DNA from: a bacterium
GTDB taxonomy: Bacteria; Zhuqueibacterota; Zhuqueibacteria; Residuimicrobiales; Krinioviventaceae
DNA length: 64,000 nucleotides
Assembly: GCA_963693055.1 (NCBI GenBank)
Contig: OY843751.1
Span: 3,616,001 to 3,680,000, forward strand
Direction: 5' to 3'
Part shown: piece after piece, positions 1-9,581 of the stretch
How positions within the stretch are numbered: position 1 is the first letter of the stretch
Layout of the letters: every line of letters begins with the position of its first letter
The notes under the pieces: model-generated
What the model saw: only the letters and a program-made list of their open reading frames with translations
Database searches by the model: none
What the model was told of the DNA's origin: nothing
Position numbers and translations under genes: made by a program

Positions 1-1247
1 GTAATATCTTTAGGTGCATTATTGTTATAATACATATTGAACCGGATAGCATCGGTTGGGATGTTGATCATGTCAATATTTTTACACCAAATGTTCTCAA
101 CAACACCACCTCTACCGCGAGTGCTTTTAAAGCGCAAACCCACATCTGTTCCAATAAATGTACAATCAGAAATATAAATATCTTTAACGCCGCCAGACAT
201 CTCACTGCCAATGGTAAATCCGCCATGCCCATGATAGACAATACAGTTGGTTATGATCATTTTTTCGCTGGCAATACCACGTTCACGTCCGGCTTTATCC
301 TTGCCGGATTTTAAACAAATTGCGTCGTCTCCAACATCAAAGCTGGAATTATAAAGATATACATTTTTACAGGATTCGAGATCAAGTCCGTCACCGTTTT
401 GCGAGAACCATGGATTACGAACGGTAATATTGCGAATGGTAATATTCTCACACACCATGGGATGGATGTTCCAACCGGGAGAATTCTGAAAAACCGGGCC
501 ATCCAACAGCAAATTCTTGCAATTGATAAAGCTGACCATTACCGGACGGAGATACTGTTTTGCTTCAGCAAAAGCTTCCAAAGGCGAATTGGGATCAGCG
601 GCGAGTTTACGTACAATATTTCTTCCGTCACGCGCTGCTTTTGTAGGCCACCACTGTTCACCGGAAGGTTCCAGAGCCCCACCCGATTCCAGCAATTCGT
701 TCCAACGGTTTTCTGTCATTTTCATTTTCTTAACCGGCCGCCAGGCTTGCCCGTTTCCATCAAACACACCTTGTCCGGTTATGGCGATATTTTCAAGATC
801 AACAGCCATTATGGGAGATGTACAGCGAATAATCCGTCCTCCCTGGTATGGACGCTCCAGCAGGGGATAATCCTCAAATTCAGGACTGAATAACACCAAA
901 GCACCATCCTCTACATGCAGATTGATATTACTCAAGAGATGGATGGGGCCGGTCAGCCAAATACCTCTCGGAATAACAACGGTTCCCCCACCTTGTTCCG
1001 CACAGGCTTTTATGGCTGAATTGATGGCTATTGTGTTCAATACTTTGCCGCCAGGTACTGCATCAAAATCAAGAATATTGACCTGTCTATCAAAAAACTG
1101 CGGAACTTGAAATACATCTATTTCAAAAGGAACATCGATTGCCTGAATCGGAGTTTCAGCCAAACCTTGCAAAGCGAATGCAAACAACAAGAGCATAACC
1201 AAACATAAGAAATATTGTTTCTTTATAACAGTCAATTGGATTTTCAT
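1..1247 (-). CDS. Glycoside hydrolase family 28 (polygalacturonase-type), runs off the left edge
   Basis: Not in the ORF track because it is truncated. Manual translation from ATG at 1247 (AGGAG upstream) gives MKIQLTVIKKQYFLCLVMLLLFAFALQGLAE... with GH28 motifs NGDG, GDDAICLKSG, GHGG, IGSEMSGG and RFKS. Confidence 0.92.
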   Translation of the reverse strand, partial: MKIQLTVIKKQYFLCLVMLLLFAFALQGLAETPIQAIDVPFEIDVFQVPQFFDRQVNILDFDAVPGGKVLNTIAINSAIKACAEQGGGTVVIPRGIWLTGPIHLLSNINLHVEDGALVLFSPEFEDYPLLERPYQGGRIIRCTSPIMAVDLENIAITGQGVFDGNGQAWRPVKKMKMTENRWNELLESGGALEPSGEQWWPTKAARDGRNIVRKLAADPNSPLEAFAEAKQYLRPVMVSFINCKNLLLDGPVFQNSPGWNIHPMVCENITIRNITVRNPWFSQNGDGLDLESCKNVYLYNSSFDVGDDAICLKSGKDKAGRERGIASEKMIITNCIVYHGHGGFTIGSEMSGGVKDIYISDCTFIGTDVGLRFKSTRGRGGVVENIWCKNIDMINIPTDAIRFNMYYNNNAPKDI

Positions 1248-1261
1248 ATCAAAATCTCCTG

Positions 1262-2839
1262 TTATTGCTCCAATACAGCATCTGCGTTAACATCAGACGC
1301 AATTTCGACCGGATTTTTAGAATATCTAAAATTATTACCACCTAGTGTTATGTCCCGGGTATTTTCTCCGGATATTTTCAAATAGGTTTCTGTTCCCGGT
1401 AATGTAGAATTTCCATAAAAATAAGCATTTTTCACATCACTCAACTCTATAACCGGTGTGTCCTTGTGTGGTGCCAATGTTTTAACGCCATTGATCTCTA
1501 AATTCTCAGTCTGTTCGGCAAAAACAGCGGGACCATTCTCTGTATTTACCTGTACATGATGGAATTCTATGTCCTGCGCGTCTTTGATGCTAAAGCCGAT
1601 TTCGGCATCGATATTGATATCATTAAAGGTAATACCCTGAATGGGCATTTCTTTCAGTCCCAACAAATACCCCGCTTGTTTGGCTTGCGCTGTGATATTG
1701 CTGAAATGCATGTTTCTAAAAATGGGTGTACGTTCCGAAACCGGTTCGTCAGGAGTTTCATGGTAAAACATGTTTAGCTTGATCGCTTCCATGCGGATAT
1801 TTTTCATAATCACATTGCTTACACGAATATCCTCAACCGTGCCACCGCGACCGCGCATGGATTTAATGCGGATGCCCCTGTCCGTGCCATCAAAAACACA
1901 GTTGGATATGGTGATCTTTTTTACTCCACCCGACATTTCACTGCCTATAACCACACCACCATGCCCGGAAAGCATGGTACAGTTGGTAATGGTATAATCT
2001 TCGGCAGGAACACCTTTTAAACGTCCCGGTTTATCGCGACCGGATTTGATAGTAATACAGTCATCTCCCACGCTGATATGACAATTTGAAATATGTACAT
2101 ATTTACAGGATGATGGATTGATCCCGTCGGTATTGGGAGAGATGGGATTATTGATAGTTACACCAGTTACCGTTACATTTTCACAAAATTCAGGATTAAT
2201 GGTCCAAAAGGGTGAATTGGTAATGGTGATACCTTCAATCAGAATATTCTTGCAATATATGGGCTGAATGAACGGTGGACGCAAAAATCCGCGGTCCAGG
2301 CCTTCAGACGCATCCGGTTTTACAATATTCTTATTCATTTCTACAAACATATTTTGCCATTTACTGCGTGATTTGGGGCCATCTTTGACATATTTTTTAT
2401 TGGCTTCATACATGAATGCCCACCACTTTTTTCCCTGACCGTCAATGGTGCCCCGTCCACGTATCGCAATATTTTCAACTTTGTACCCGTAAAACAAGGG
2501 TGAGAAATTGGTCACATCAATCCCCTCCCAACGGGACTCTACCATAGGCAGGTAATCATCAAAATCATCACTGAATTTCAGTACTGCACCAGCATCAATA
2601 TAAATGGTAATGTTACTTTTAAAATGAATGGGGCCAGTCAGGTACACGCCCGCGGGGAAATAAATGGTACCACCGCCAGTCTGGGAAGCATCATCTATTG
2701 CTTTTTTTACCAAATCAGTAATCTTGGCAGAACCATCATTGGCTGCACCATAATCCAGTATATTATAAAAAGTAGAATGTTCGCCACCAAACGCCAAAGT
2801 TGAGAAATATAATATAAAAACAAACAAAATCTTTTTCAT
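1262..2839 (-). CDS. Glycoside hydrolase family 28 (exo-polygalacturonase-like), secreted
   Basis: Motifs NTDG, GDD, GHGG and RIKS. Signal peptide MKKILFVFILYFSTLAFG. Start moved to ATG 2839, which has GGAG upstream (ORF track starts at 2863). Confidence 0.95.
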   Translation of the reverse strand: MKKILFVFILYFSTLAFGGEHSTFYNILDYGAANDGSAKITDLVKKAIDDASQTGGGTIYFPAGVYLTGPIHFKSNITIYIDAGAVLKFSDDFDDYLPMVESRWEGIDVTNFSPLFYGYKVENIAIRGRGTIDGQGKKWWAFMYEANKKYVKDGPKSRSKWQNMFVEMNKNIVKPDASEGLDRGFLRPPFIQPIYCKNILIEGITITNSPFWTINPEFCENVTVTGVTINNPISPNTDGINPSSCKYVHISNCHISVGDDCITIKSGRDKPGRLKGVPAEDYTITNCTMLSGHGGVVIGSEMSGGVKKITISNCVFDGTDRGIRIKSMRGRGGTVEDIRVSNVIMKNIRMEAIKLNMFYHETPDEPVSERTPIFRNMHFSNITAQAKQAGYLLGLKEMPIQGITFNDINIDAEIGFSIKDAQDIEFHHVQVNTENGPAVFAEQTENLEINGVKTLAPHKDTPVIELSDVKNAYFYGNSTLPGTETYLKISGENTRDITLGGNNFRYSKNPVEIASDVNADAVLEQ

Positions 2840-2871
2840 TGTATCTCCGATATCAGTATTCACAAGTAAAA

Positions 2872-4995
2872 TTAAGGAAGTGGATTAATTCCTTCCCATT
2901 TTACTTTCCAGCTCCCATCCTGAGGAAATCCGGGGGCATTTACATCTGGTGCATCATCCCATCCTGCGGCCATCAATGCAGTTGCAGAAAGCAAAGAACA
3001 GTTGACCGGCAGATATGCGGGACAGTTTTTAGGTTCTTTGGGACGTCTTACATGTCCATTGGGTAAATAGCGAGCACGTTCATGAGTATTGCATAAAATA
3101 TCAACCGCTACATCTGTTTCGCCCAGCCTTGCCGCGGTCATGGCCATTTTACCGGATGTCCAGCTTACAAAGGCATCAATTCCCTGTATCTCTTTGAGCG
3201 TGTCAAATGTATTTTTCATTATGGCTTTATCTACACGTTCGGTCTTGGGTAGAAATCCCAATGCCATCACCATAGATGAGGATAATCCCTTGCGGTTGTC
3301 TTTAAAAATATCTGGATTGGTTTCAATATCCAGATACAAACTATCTTGAATAGGAAGCAGGGATAACTTTTTATAAACATCATCCCATTGGGGATCAGCT
3401 TCCAAGCCTAAACGTTCACGCCATTGTCTGGCAACAGATAATCCGTAATACCAATAAGCCAATTCAAATGTTGGATTTTTTGTATTATTTTCGCCATGAT
3501 CTTCTGAAACACTTTTAATGGGCGGCCCCAATGTATATCGTTTTTCATTTTCATTGTAAAACGCATAGGTTGCCAGATAATCAGCAGATTCAAAAACCAG
3601 GTTTTTATATTTCTCCAACGTCTCTTTGTCCTGCCTAACCCGATAAATCAGTTCAGACAAATATATCACATTCGGCTGGTTCCAAATGATAAAAGGATTA
3701 ATATTACCGGGACTGGGCTGTCCATGCGGACCAGTCATCTTGGGCCAGCGTGCACCTTTAATGCCCTGTTTTTCAGCAAGATCTTTGGCAACAGGCAAAA
3801 TGGATTGGTACCAGGCTAAACTTTTTTCAACCACATCTATATGGCCCCACTGAATAAAATGGGCCATATGCCACCAATACATTTCCGTATTGTGTTTGCC
3901 ATACCAGCTAATATGCGTCAAACCGGTTTCCTGGGGAGGAAACGTACTAGCATAATTGACCCGTAACAGATATTGTGACAAAACAATGCGGCGCTCTAGC
4001 TCCATAGCCCGGGGCTCTGTGCTTTCTGAAAGATCTATTGCCCCACCGGTCGTCCAGTATTCCTGCCAGGCATTTGCACTGGCGTCAAGGGTTTCTTTAA
4101 ATTCAGATAAAGGTGTTGTTTGTTCTTCAGCGGTAAAATCACAATCAAATTCCAGCACATCACCATCCACAGGAATTGAAAACCGATGCTTGCTGTCAGT
4201 TATAATAGATTTTTCATTGTTCCAACTTAAACGCGCGTAATAAACATCATCATCCAGAATGCGCTTGAACAGAACACCATCTGATAATTCATTCACCTTT
4301 GTGGAATGGAGTTCAGGATGGTCCCAGTCAATGGGGGGTTTATTTTTTATATTCTGGTCATAGTCAAAGGGGAAATGTATAAATGGTGTTAATTTGCCAC
4401 TTTTTAAAAGTGAAGATTCTATACGGACCGCTATCATATCCCTATCCGGGTGACAAACCGTTTCTACTGTTACAGGGCTTCCCTCCAGTTCAAAATGACT
4501 GGTAATGCAGCCTGTCCACAAATCCAATGTTTGATCAATTGCAGTCAGGTCTGTATAGGTTGCAATACTGCCATCCGCTTTTAAAAGCTTCATCCCTATA
4601 CGCCCCATGGGAATTCGGTGAGGATTTTTACGAAAATATTGCCCCGCCGGACTCTTTTCTTTACGCGCATATTGAAGCACGCGCCATTGAAATTCATAGG
4701 GTTCGGATGCATCTTCCAGGGCATAATTGTCTATATTGGGAGTCGTATGCCACGCCCAACTGGACATGGTTTCAAGGGGGATGCCCTCATTATAATAATA
4801 ATCCGTAAAGGACTGCAAACCGGTTACATCTACCGTAAATGCAAACTCTCCATTACCCACAGTAAATGGAGATAAAGGATCTACTTTATTAATTTCAGGA
4901 TTGTGACGGTGTACAAGTGCATATCGATCTATAGGTTTATTACAAGCTGCAAAAAATACCAATAATAGGGCTAAAAGTAAAAGTTTTTTCTTCAT
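2872..4995 (-). CDS. GH65-like (alpha/alpha)6-barrel glycosidase, lipoprotein, specificity unknown
   Basis: Lipobox FFAAC. IDRYALVHRHNP..SPFTVGNGEFAFTVDVTGLQ, ELERRIVLSQYL, PQETGLT and MAAGWD..PGFP are typical of uncharacterised six-hairpin glycosidases usually annotated as GH65-like. Confidence 0.7.
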   Translation of the reverse strand: MKKKLLLLALLLVFFAACNKPIDRYALVHRHNPEINKVDPLSPFTVGNGEFAFTVDVTGLQSFTDYYYNEGIPLETMSSWAWHTTPNIDNYALEDASEPYEFQWRVLQYARKEKSPAGQYFRKNPHRIPMGRIGMKLLKADGSIATYTDLTAIDQTLDLWTGCITSHFELEGSPVTVETVCHPDRDMIAVRIESSLLKSGKLTPFIHFPFDYDQNIKNKPPIDWDHPELHSTKVNELSDGVLFKRILDDDVYYARLSWNNEKSIITDSKHRFSIPVDGDVLEFDCDFTAEEQTTPLSEFKETLDASANAWQEYWTTGGAIDLSESTEPRAMELERRIVLSQYLLRVNYASTFPPQETGLTHISWYGKHNTEMYWWHMAHFIQWGHIDVVEKSLAWYQSILPVAKDLAEKQGIKGARWPKMTGPHGQPSPGNINPFIIWNQPNVIYLSELIYRVRQDKETLEKYKNLVFESADYLATYAFYNENEKRYTLGPPIKSVSEDHGENNTKNPTFELAYWYYGLSVARQWRERLGLEADPQWDDVYKKLSLLPIQDSLYLDIETNPDIFKDNRKGLSSSMVMALGFLPKTERVDKAIMKNTFDTLKEIQGIDAFVSWTSGKMAMTAARLGETDVAVDILCNTHERARYLPNGHVRRPKEPKNCPAYLPVNCSLLSATALMAAGWDDAPDVNAPGFPQDGSWKVKWEGINPLP

Positions 4996-5023
4996 AATCA
5001 ACCTTGGTAAATCAGGGTGAGCA

Positions 5024-6046
5024 TCAAATTCGGTTTAACAGATTATCAACAATATTAGGATCAACAATAAAGACATGACCATGTTTGGCGCCTTTCGGGA
5101 AATTCAACTTTTCCGAAATATCCTGCCAATTTTTCAAATCTGTTGATACAACTGCACCGTAATAAGGTTGGCTGCCATGGTGATCATAATACACAAACAC
5201 AGAATCACTTTTTTGAATAGCACAAGGGCCTTCGTTTTGCCAATTACCTGGTCCGGGACCTTTACCTGTAATGGTCTCTGAAATATTCGTATAGGGTCCA
5301 TAAGGGCTGATGCTCTCTGCCATGCGAATATTCTGGAAACCAGGATGGTAATCCACAGCATCATTACCACGTTCATCTTTAAAAAAAAGACAATATTTAT
5401 CATCAGATTTCAGGATGAAAGCATCAATACAGCTATGTCCGGGATTAAAAAGCACCTGCGGTTCTGAAAAGGATTGAAAATCACGGGTTGTAACGTACCA
5501 GATACGATGATTTCTTGTAGTAGTGGGATCATCATCCCGAGGAAAGGTATTGTCAGACAAGGTTGTAGACCAGTAAACAATCCACTGCGATTGTTGATTA
5601 TCATAAAACAGTTTTGGGGCCCAGCAATTTTCAGCCGGTTTTTCTTTCATTACCGGAATCAATTTCTCATCTGTCCAATGAATCAAATCTGTAGAATGGG
5701 CATACCCAATATCTTTACGGTCCCAGCCGCTTGTCCAAATGAGATGAAAACCTGCATTTTGAGGATCAGGAGCAACAAACGCATCACGCATGATTTTAAA
5801 AGAATGGTCTTGATTTTTAATTTCGGTGCCAACAGAAGGTTCAAATATAACACCCGGTATCTCTTGCCAATTGTACAAATCTGTACTGTATTCAAGCTTT
5901 AATCCGCCAATACCGTTAGGTTCTCTAAAATTAGAGTGCAAATATACTTTATCATCAGATGACGTATTCGACTCTTTGCTGTTAACACATGCAAGAGATA
6001 AAATAAACAATAAAACCAAAATCCGGATTAATAAAACTCTTTTCAT
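5024..6046 (-). CDS. Glycoside hydrolase family 43-like five-bladed beta-propeller, lipoprotein
   Basis: Lipobox LSLAC. Motifs MRDAFV, STDLIHW, CWAPK, CIDAFI, NEGP and STDLKNW. Start ATG 6046 has GAGG upstream. Confidence 0.8.
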   Translation of the reverse strand: MKRVLLIRILVLLFILSLACVNSKESNTSSDDKVYLHSNFREPNGIGGLKLEYSTDLYNWQEIPGVIFEPSVGTEIKNQDHSFKIMRDAFVAPDPQNAGFHLIWTSGWDRKDIGYAHSTDLIHWTDEKLIPVMKEKPAENCWAPKLFYDNQQSQWIVYWSTTLSDNTFPRDDDPTTTRNHRIWYVTTRDFQSFSEPQVLFNPGHSCIDAFILKSDDKYCLFFKDERGNDAVDYHPGFQNIRMAESISPYGPYTNISETITGKGPGPGNWQNEGPCAIQKSDSVFVYYDHHGSQPYYGAVVSTDLKNWQDISEKLNFPKGAKHGHVFIVDPNIVDNLLNRI

Positions 6047-6258
6047 TTCCTCAACCTCTTGAGAATAAAACATGATTACAATTTTCCGGGAATTTCGAAT
6101 ATTATTTTACAATTGAATTGTCTTTTCTTCCAATATATCTCAAACTCGTATATGACAGATTCATCGTCTGATCAAGGGGCATTAATATAATATATTCTTC
6201 ATGATATGAAAAGCAACCGCAAAATAACTTGATTCGTTAAACATTACAATTTAGATAT

Positions 6259-6305
6259 AAAAAAGCGCCGGAATAAGCAGGCATATTTCATTATTATTCC
6301 GGCGC
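6259..6305 (-). terminator. Intrinsic terminator after the TBDR-CTD-PorV module
   Basis: 12-bp inverted repeat GCGCCGGAATAA (6265-6276) / TTATTCCGGCGC (6294-6305), followed by a T run on the minus strand. Confidence 0.75.
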
Positions 6306-6316
6306 CGTGTTACGTA

Positions 6317-7330
6317 TTAATAAGCGATTTTAATAGAAAATCTGTTTACACTGTCAAACACGTCAAATGCTGAATAAGAATAGCTGATATCAACTTTCTT
6401 TCCTGCTACTGATGGACAAACTCCAAAACCAGCAGACAAGCCACCAAAGTCAAGATTTGACTGGTAACCACAACGTACAGAAAGCATTTGCATCAGGGTA
6501 TATTCTAAACCAACGTTTACACGTTCAGTATAGTTATTGGGATGAGAAAACTCTACAGCCAATGTCATTACATTGTCTTGGCTGTGATCAGGAGCAACTA
6601 TATCAAGAACATCAATTGCTGCACCCAAAGCAAAAGTCAGGGGCAATTGAGCAGTAATTTCCTGGTGCTTCACAGCAGTTGCAAAGTTGCGAATACTCAT
6701 ACCAAAACGAAAGCTTTTAAAACCGGGATAATATTTCAAACCCAAATCAAAAGCAAGTTTGCCAGCTTCATTATCAACAGAACCGGTTGAAATTGTGCTT
6801 TGACCCAACTGTTGTCTAACATAACGCATATTAGCACCAATCAAGAACTTGGCACTAATGGCACGTGCATAAGAAACACCTATAGCAAGTGCGCCAACAT
6901 TGTCCATCAAACCATTATCAATATAACCAATATCATCTGAAGATGCCTGAGAACTGGGCATCAGACTTGTACCATAAATATCACCATAATCAACAGACAT
7001 AAAACTAACACCAACTACACCTATAGTGTTCAAATTCCATGAAGCTGCTGCTGCAATATATTGAATGTCCGCAATCCACTGAGTAGAAGTAAAAAAAGCG
7101 TCCATTTTTGTGTCTAGTTCTGCCAAACCGGCAGGATTGTAAAAAATTGCTTCTGAGCCGGTACCAACACCGGTGTAGGCATCACCAAAGGAACTTGCTC
7201 TGGGTGATAAACTGACCTGCAGAAAGTTCATGGTGCTTTGTCCTACTTTCTTTAAACCGACTTGAGCCATAAGAGGACTGGCCATAGCGCCGATTAAAAG
7301 AATAATTAGAAATATATAAAGACGTTTCAT
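6317..7330 (-). CDS. PorV/PorQ-family (UPF0164-like) outer-membrane beta-barrel
   Basis: Signal peptide. FLQVSLSPRASSFGDAY...AIFYNPAGLA N-terminal signature, alternating beta-strands and C-terminal aromatic residue (RFSIKIAY). Confidence 0.85.
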   Translation of the reverse strand: MKRLYIFLIILLIGAMASPLMAQVGLKKVGQSTMNFLQVSLSPRASSFGDAYTGVGTGSEAIFYNPAGLAELDTKMDAFFTSTQWIADIQYIAAAASWNLNTIGVVGVSFMSVDYGDIYGTSLMPSSQASSDDIGYIDNGLMDNVGALAIGVSYARAISAKFLIGANMRYVRQQLGQSTISTGSVDNEAGKLAFDLGLKYYPGFKSFRFGMSIRNFATAVKHQEITAQLPLTFALGAAIDVLDIVAPDHSQDNVMTLAVEFSHPNNYTERVNVGLEYTLMQMLSVRCGYQSNLDFGGLSAGFGVCPSVAGKKVDISYSYSAFDVFDSVNRFSIKIAY

Positions 7331-7354
7331 AATAATATTTCTCCTATTAGTGAA

Positions 7355-9532
7355 TTAACGAACCACAACAAGTTTTTGGTAAGACAGTTCGCCATCAGGT
7401 TTTTCAAAAATAACGATATATACTCCGCTCGCAATAACCTGCTGGCTGGAGGTAAGCATGTCCCATCTTGTCGAACCGGCAAGAACCGGGCTATCATGCT
7501 CGATAGTTTGTACCAGATCACCAAATTCGGTACAAATTTTAATCGTCACTTTAGGAGGAAGATTAAAAAAGATGATTCCACGTTGATCAGTCCAACCGTA
7601 TGTCAACAGCGCCGGATCATTAATGTTATAAGGATTAGGCACGATGCGAATTTTAGACAAATCGTCCTGCGAACGACGTGGAGGATCAATCCATTGAGTT
7701 GTAGGATTATAAACACGACCGCTCCAGATAATATTACCTCTTTCACGGGGTGATGCATTCATATCATTTTCAGATACTCTTACACCTGCCTGAACATAGT
7801 AATAATAAGATGCACCCGGCAGTACACTGGTATCCTGGAAGATATGTTCACCATTTGTACCATCGCTGCCATCTGTAGTATAAGCTACATCATAAAATGT
7901 AGTATCTTGATTGGAAATTTTACGCATGATACGGTAACCCGCAAAATTTTCCATTTGTTCAGCTTCAGCATCTGACCATTTTACTTCAGCATATTCCGGG
8001 TAACCGGTAATGGTTACAGACGGAGGTGGAGGTGACATGGGTACCATGTATTTGTGATCATAATTCCACTGTGCTTCATAAGCGGCTTTATGCAAAGAGT
8101 CAATACCCGTACTGATCCAAAGATCTTTATTGATATCAAATTGATTTGCACCATTTGGAAATTTAAAATTATCTGGAAAGTATCCCGTTTCATCATTGGG
8201 AAGATCTTCCGGAGCTTCCAGAGTTTGGTTATACCAACCGTTACCAACTTCTTTCATCTTTTCTATACCAATACCAGATTCACCACTTGCATATGCAATG
8301 TGCAGTGACTGACCGGGTTCAAAAGTATAAGGACCAAATACAACATAACGTCTTGGAAAAGCACCATCGTGACTGTGACCAACACCCATTGCATAACAAT
8401 CCGGGCTGCCATATTCATCAGTATTCATACGATGATATGTACCTTCATAGTTACCTTCCATTTTAAGGGCACCTTCTTTACCAAAATATCCCTGCAGGTA
8501 TTTTTGGTATTTTTCACCCAATGGATCGTTGGGGTAACCAGAAGGATCATCAATTGGCAAATTTTGAGATGTCATGGTAAAGGTTACTTTGGGTTGCAAT
8601 GGATCATTTACAGAATTATCAGCAGCACCACTAAATGGAGCTTCAGAAGCATGCAAAATGGCCCACCATTCAAAACCGGTTTCAATCATACGGCCTTTTT
8701 GTGATACAACAGGGCCACCCATCATATCACCAGATGTGCGTGGATCATCTGCCATGTACTGATAGAAAATACGCAGGCTGTCACCAGGTTTTGCACCATA
8801 ATAATGCAACCATTCAGTTTGGTCTATCCAACCTTCATTATCATCCGGAGAAGGATTACGACCATTTGCGCGCTGTGTACCCGATTCCTGCTGCCACATA
8901 AAAATCACAAAATCATTCAGAGTCTGATCACCCTTGTGGGTAAAATCAAGTTCTGTGATAATATAATCATCATGATATTGATTTGAAAAAGCAACAACTT
9001 TACGACTCAGTTCAACACCATTCTCATAACGAGTTGTATAAGTAACGGTTTGATCACTGTTACCAATCATTTTAGAAGCATCAATATCTCCATACCAGTC
9101 AAGGGTAACATCTTCAAAGTTTACATAACTTTGTTTGTAACCATATCGGGTATAACTCTGCAACGGTTCAACATTATCACCTTCAGGTTTATCAGGAGGT
9201 GAAGGAACAAACAGTGAATATGGAACGGTTTCACCTTGATAATTATAATTACTGGCAGCCAGAAAGATATTACCACCAGTATAACATTCTCCCCATCTCA
9301 TATTATTACCAATGGCGTTGATATCTGCAGGGAACCATCCACTGGTAAAATCCGCAGATACATTGCCACCACCGTCACTTGCATTTGCCCAGTAACGGCC
9401 CACTTTAATCAATGTAGACTTTACAGCTGCTGTGGCGGGATCCCAAAACAACAGTGTAAATAATAACAAGATTACCATTCCCAGACTTAACGGGGAAAAT
9501 AGTAGTCTTTTATGTAAAATCTGTTTCCTCAT
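7355..9532 (-). CDS. Secreted/surface protein with FN3-like domain and C-terminal T9SS-CTD-like (FlgD-Ig-like) domain
   Basis: Signal peptide. PPPP linker, then FN3-like W..GYRI..FQDTSVLPGASYYYYV. C-terminus IRIVPNPY...WDMLT...IASGVYIV...QKLVVVR. Confidence 0.75.
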   Translation of the reverse strand: MRKQILHKRLLFSPLSLGMVILLLFTLLFWDPATAAVKSTLIKVGRYWANASDGGGNVSADFTSGWFPADINAIGNNMRWGECYTGGNIFLAASNYNYQGETVPYSLFVPSPPDKPEGDNVEPLQSYTRYGYKQSYVNFEDVTLDWYGDIDASKMIGNSDQTVTYTTRYENGVELSRKVVAFSNQYHDDYIITELDFTHKGDQTLNDFVIFMWQQESGTQRANGRNPSPDDNEGWIDQTEWLHYYGAKPGDSLRIFYQYMADDPRTSGDMMGGPVVSQKGRMIETGFEWWAILHASEAPFSGAADNSVNDPLQPKVTFTMTSQNLPIDDPSGYPNDPLGEKYQKYLQGYFGKEGALKMEGNYEGTYHRMNTDEYGSPDCYAMGVGHSHDGAFPRRYVVFGPYTFEPGQSLHIAYASGESGIGIEKMKEVGNGWYNQTLEAPEDLPNDETGYFPDNFKFPNGANQFDINKDLWISTGIDSLHKAAYEAQWNYDHKYMVPMSPPPPSVTITGYPEYAEVKWSDAEAEQMENFAGYRIMRKISNQDTTFYDVAYTTDGSDGTNGEHIFQDTSVLPGASYYYYVQAGVRVSENDMNASPRERGNIIWSGRVYNPTTQWIDPPRRSQDDLSKIRIVPNPYNINDPALLTYGWTDQRGIIFFNLPPKVTIKICTEFGDLVQTIEHDSPVLAGSTRWDMLTSSQQVIASGVYIVIFEKPDGELSYQKLVVVR

Positions 9533-9581
9533 AATTGTCTCCAGTCGGTTAAAATGAAAACCAATTTACATTTCAGGTTCA

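Noticed and set aside
311-1110. Short ORFs in the track (311-502, 399-893, 517-870, 922-1110)
   Set aside because: They are antisense or out-of-frame shadows of the edge-truncated GH28 on the minus strand.
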